A stretch of DNA of 64,000 nucleotides, from the NCBI GenBank assembly GCA_964016885.1, contig OZ024745.1:92566001-92630000 (forward strand), read 5' to 3'. The notes under the pieces are model-generated. The model did not search any database and was not told the origin of the DNA. It worked only from the letters and a program-made list of their open reading frames with translations. This document shows, piece by piece, positions 59,657 to 64,000 of this stretch. The first letter of the stretch is position 1, and each line of letters begins with the position of its first letter. Position numbers and translations under genes: made by a program. The DNA comes from Eledone cirrhosa. Taxonomy: Eukaryota.

Positions 59657-61561
59657 ATCATCATCACCGTTTTACGTCCGTTCTTCCACGCTAGCATGGG
59701 TTAGACGGGTTGTCCTGTTGTGGGCAGTGTCTGGTCGGCTGACCATGCCTTGCTCATACAGGAACTGATCTGGCTTGATTTCTACAGCTGGATGCCCTTC
59801 CTAACACCAACCTCATTTACAGTGAGTGCTGGGTGCTTTTTCGTGGCGCCTACACGTCCACTTTACAGTGTGGGCTGGGTGCTTTTTTGCCGTGGCACCT
59901 CCACGACCACCTTGCGGTGGGGGGGGGGGGGGGCATGTTGTTTATATGCTTCAGCATGTACCCATGGGAGGTCGGGTACCCTGTATTACTGCGTGACGCC
60001 AGAAGTCACGGTCGTGTGTCATTGACTTTGAGAGGTGTAGTTGGGTAAGGTCGGCTTTTATACCTCATCCCAAGTCATCTTGGGTCTCCCCACTCCGCGG
60101 TTTCCATCAACTTCTAGTGCTCTGCACCTTTTTATGCAGCTGTCATCCTTCATACGCATCACATGTCCATACCAGCGTAACCGCCTCTCCTGCACGCAGC
60201 ATTTGATTCCTCTTATGCTCAGTCTCTCTCTCAATTCATTTATGCTTTGTCGTTCACGTATATTACTGTTACACATCCATCGGAGCATGCAGGCTTCGTT
60301 TCTCTCTAATCTACGTAAGTCTTCCACCTTCAGCGCCCAGGTCTCACTACCATGCAACATCGCTGTTCGGATACACGCATCATACAGTCTGCCTTTCATT
60401 CTGAGGGAGAAGCCTTTTGCAGCTAGCAGTGGTAGTAGTTCCCTAAACTTCTTCCATCCCGTTCTTACCCTAGTTATTGTACTTTCTGAGCACCCACCTC
60501 CGTTGCTAATTCGGTCACCTAGGTAGCAGAAGCTGTCTACTGTTTCTACAGGGCCCTCCCAGAGATTGGTGGTACTTGTTTCCTGTGGCTGTTTGCTTGC
60601 TGTTTCAGCACAGCTGCTGCATGTGAATCCTACATTCTTAATTAAGCTTCCTGAGATCCCGCTACATCTCTTGTGTACCCATTGTTTGCATTTGGGGCAA
60701 AGAATGGAGTTCCTACCTACACCTTTCCTACATACTGAGCAAGGCCATTTCCCTGAGGGGATCTGGGTTCTGTTTTCTCGTCTACTTATAAGGACCTTAG
60801 TCTTTGTCATGTTGACTTTGAGGCCCTTTCTCTCTAGTCCCTGCTTCCAGGTTTGGAATTTATTCTCTAGTTCTACCATAGATTCAGCTATGAGTGCGAG
60901 GTCATCAGCATACAGGAGTTCCCATGGGCATCCGGTCTTAAACTCCTCCGTTATTGCCTGCAGGACTATGATGAACAGGAGAGGGCTAAGAACAGAGCCC
61001 TGGTGGACCCCAACCTGTACGCTAAATTCCTCGCTATACTCATTGCCAATCCTAACTTTGCTGACTGCTCCCCTATACATGGCTTGTACCGCTTTCACAA
61101 GCCATTCATCTACTCCTAGTTTTCTAAGAGCCCACCAGATTACTGCACGTGGAACTCTGTCAAAGGCTTTCTCAAGGTCGACAAATGCCAAGTAGAGTGG
61201 CTTACTTTTAGCTAGGTACTTTTCCTGTAATTGCCTCACAAGGAAGAGCGCATCAGTGGTGCCTTTCCCTGGAACAAACCCAAATTGCATCTCGTCTATA
61301 TTCACCCGGTCCCTAATCAGCTGTGCTATAACTCTTTCTGTTACTTTCATGACCTGGTCCATCAACTTTATACCTCTATAGTTTCCTCTATCTAGTGCAT
61401 CGCCTTTACCTTTGTAGCAGTTGACAATGATGCTACTGCACCAATCTTTTGGTATGGCCCCCTCTAGTATTACCTGGTTAACGATACGTGTGGTTATAGT
61501 GTGACCTACAGACCCAGATGCCTTCAGCATCTCGGCAGCTATACCCGATGGACCGGTTGCC
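59657..61561 (-). mobile_element. RTE-clade non-LTR retrotransposon, 5'-truncated
   Basis: Contains an RT ORF, a 3' UTR and a (GAT)n tail at about 59657. Starts abruptly at ATGPSGIAAEML next to (TA)n. Confidence 0.92.
60058..61530 (-). CDS. RTE reverse transcriptase (partial) with internal C4HC3 finger
   Basis: Motifs NYRGIKL, QFGF, FVDLEKAFDRV, GVHQGSVLSPLLF, LYADD, YLG, RRLRWYGHVMRM. The stop after WDEV appears to be a 1-bp frameshift, because KADLTQLHLSKSMTHDRDFWRHAV continues in another frame. Confidence 0.92.
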   Translation of the reverse strand: MLKASGSVGHTITTRIVNQVILEGAIPKDWCSSIIVNCYKGKGDALDRGNYRGIKLMDQVMKVTERVIAQLIRDRVNIDEMQFGFVPGKGTTDALFLVRQLQEKYLAKSKPLYLAFVDLEKAFDRVPRAVIWWALRKLGVDEWLVKAVQAMYRGAVSKVRIGNEYSEEFSVQVGVHQGSVLSPLLFIIVLQAITEEFKTGCPWELLYADDLALIAESMVELENKFQTWKQGLERKGLKVNMTKTKVLISRRENRTQIPSGKWPCSVCRKGVGRNSILCPKCKQWVHKRCSGISGSLIKNVGFTCSSCAETASKQPQETSTTNLWEGPVETVDSFCYLGDRISNGGGCSESTITRVRTGWKKFRELLPLLAAKGFSLRMKGRLYDACIRTAMLHGSETWALKVEDLRRLERNEACMLRWMCNSNIRERQSINELRERLSIRGIKCCVQERRLRWYGHVMRMKDDSCIKRCRALEVDGNRGVGRPKMTWDEV

Positions 61562-61798
61562 TATATATATAAATATATAATTATATCTATATATATAAAT
61601 ATATAATTATATCTATATATATAAATATATATCTATATCTATATATATAAATATATATCTATATCTATATATATAAATATATATCTATATCTATATATAT
61701 AAATATATATCTATATATATATATATAAATATATATCTATATATATATATCTATATCTATATATCTATATATATATCTATATATCTATATATATATCT

Positions 61799-61837
<39 letters not shown>

Positions 61838-62034
61838 AATATATATATATATATATATACATATAAATATATATATATATATCTATCTATATATATATAT
61901 ATATAACTATATATATCTATATATATATATATATAACTATATATATATCTATATATATATATATATAACTATATATATATCTATATATATATATATATAA
62001 CTATATATATATATATAACTATATATATATCTAT

Positions 62035-62327
62035 AATATTAAATAAATGGAAAACTATATTTATAAAACCATATTTATTTCATTATATATATTTCGGGGA
62101 TATCATATTAACAATATGCTATGCCTTCATCAGACAAAATACAATATAAACAGTTTTATAGATAAATATATTCGACATACCGTATGTCGAATATATTTAT
62201 CTATAAAACTGTTTATATTGTATTTTGTCTGATGAAGGCATAGCATATTGTTAATATGATATCCCCGAAATATATATAATGAAATAAATATGGTTTTATA
62301 AATATAGTTTTCCATTTATTTAATATT
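62035..62327. repeat. Perfect 146-bp-arm palindrome
   Basis: Centre at 62181. Identical ORFs are reported on both strands (62047..62232 + and 62130..62315 -). Confidence 0.95.
62221..62286 (+). ncRNA. Minimal hammerhead ribozyme (mirror copy 62076-62141 on -, further copy 63349-63416 on -)
   Basis: UAUUUUGU-CUGAUGA-aggcauagCAUAUUguuAAUAUGauaucccc-GAAA-UAUAUA-UA-AUGAAAUA. Confidence 0.65.
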
Positions 62328-63226
62328 GTAAATATACTCCAAGTATTTGTCGAGTGCTTTTATATCAGTTATAAATATTTACTAGTTGTAACCCAACAAT
62401 TTTAAATATAACTTTACATATATATAACTATATATATATATAAATATATATATAACTATATATATATATATATAACTATAACTATATATATATATATATA
62501 TATATAACTATATATATATATATAACTATATATATATCTATATATATATATATAACTATATATATATCTATATATAAATATATATATATAACTATATATA
62601 TATATAAATATAACTATATATATATATAAATATAACTATATATATATATATAAATATAACTATATATATATATATAAATATATATCTATACTATATATAT
62701 ATAAATATATATCTATACTATATATATAAATATCTATCTATACTATATATATAAATATCTATCTATATATATTTATATATATATATAAATATATATCTAT
62801 ACTATATATATCTATATATATATATATCTATATATCTATATATATCTCTATCTATCTATCTATATATATATCTATATATATATCTCTATCTATATATATA
62901 TCTATATATCTATCTATCTATCTATCTATATATCTCTCTCTCTCCCTCTCTCTCTATCTATATATATCTCTCCCTCTATCTATCTATATATATCTCTCCC
63001 TCTATCTATATATATATATATCTCTCTCTATATATATATATATCGCTCTCTCTAAATATATATATCTCTCTCTCTCTCTCTAAATATATATATATATATA
63101 TATATCTATATATATCTCTCTCTCTCTCTATATATATATATATCTCTCTATATCTCTATCTCTCTCTCTCTCTCTCTATATCTCTATCTCTCTCTCTCTC
63201 TCTATATATATCTCTCTATATCTCTA

Positions 63227-63310
<84 letters not shown>

Positions 63311-63844
63311 ATTAAATAAATGGAAAACTATATTTATAAAACCATATTTATTTCATTATATATATATTTCGGGGATATCATATTAACAATATGCTATGCC
63401 TTCATCAGACAAAATACAATATAAACAGTTTTATAGATAAATAGATTCGACATACCGTAATAAACACCGACTTCATTTGAAGAGGTTTACGCTAGCAGTT
63501 TTATAAATATAGTTTTATAAATATAGTTTTCCATTTGTTTAATATTGTAAATATACTCCAAATATTTGTCGAGTGCTTTTATATCAGTTATAAATATTTA
63601 CTAGTTGTAACCCAACAATTTTAAATATAACTTTACATATATATATATATATATATATAATCACATTAAAAACTATATGTGCAGACAATGCAGTCAAAGA
63701 CAGTCAAGTATGGTATACATACATATAAATTAACACACACATCTATATATATTTGTATAGAATTTGTGTAGATACAATATAGAGAAGTATGCATATGCAA
63801 ATTGAAAAATCAACATTTATTAAGGTCTGGTTATCATCATCATC

Positions 63845-63887
<43 letters not shown>

Positions 63888-63896
63888 CATATATAT

Positions 63897-63965
<69 letters not shown>

Positions 63966-64000
63966 CATATATATACACACATATATATATATATATATAT

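Noticed and set aside
60566-61195. 209-aa + strand ORF and 60041..60526 ORF
   Set aside because: Antisense shadows of the RTE reverse transcriptase.

Overview
AT-rich, microsatellite-laden eukaryotic DNA. The repeat families suggest a mollusc, probably an octopus-like cephalopod (inference). The only host gene found is a minus-strand NR1-subfamily nuclear receptor (E75/Rev-erb/E78/ROR-related). It has six phase-consistent GT-AG coding exons at 46287-30125 covering about 750 aa, and its N-terminal exon was not located. Mobile DNA includes a 5'-truncated Penelope-like element (RT C-terminus plus GIY-YIG, inverted pLTRs), a 5'-truncated RTE LINE with a PHD-like finger inside its ORF, CR1/RTE fragments, tRNA-derived SINEs, TTAA (piggyBac-like) and hAT MITEs, and many mini/microsatellites. 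Two things stand out. (1) Minisatellites in and upstream of the receptor gene are built from RGGTCA nuclear-receptor half-sites: about 28 sites in the DBD intron, an ER6 array upstream, plus an isolated DR2. (2) Several families of short, often palindromic, non-coding elements carry minimal hammerhead ribozymes and sit in (TA)n tracts. Most long ORFs in the supplied track are microsatellite artefacts.
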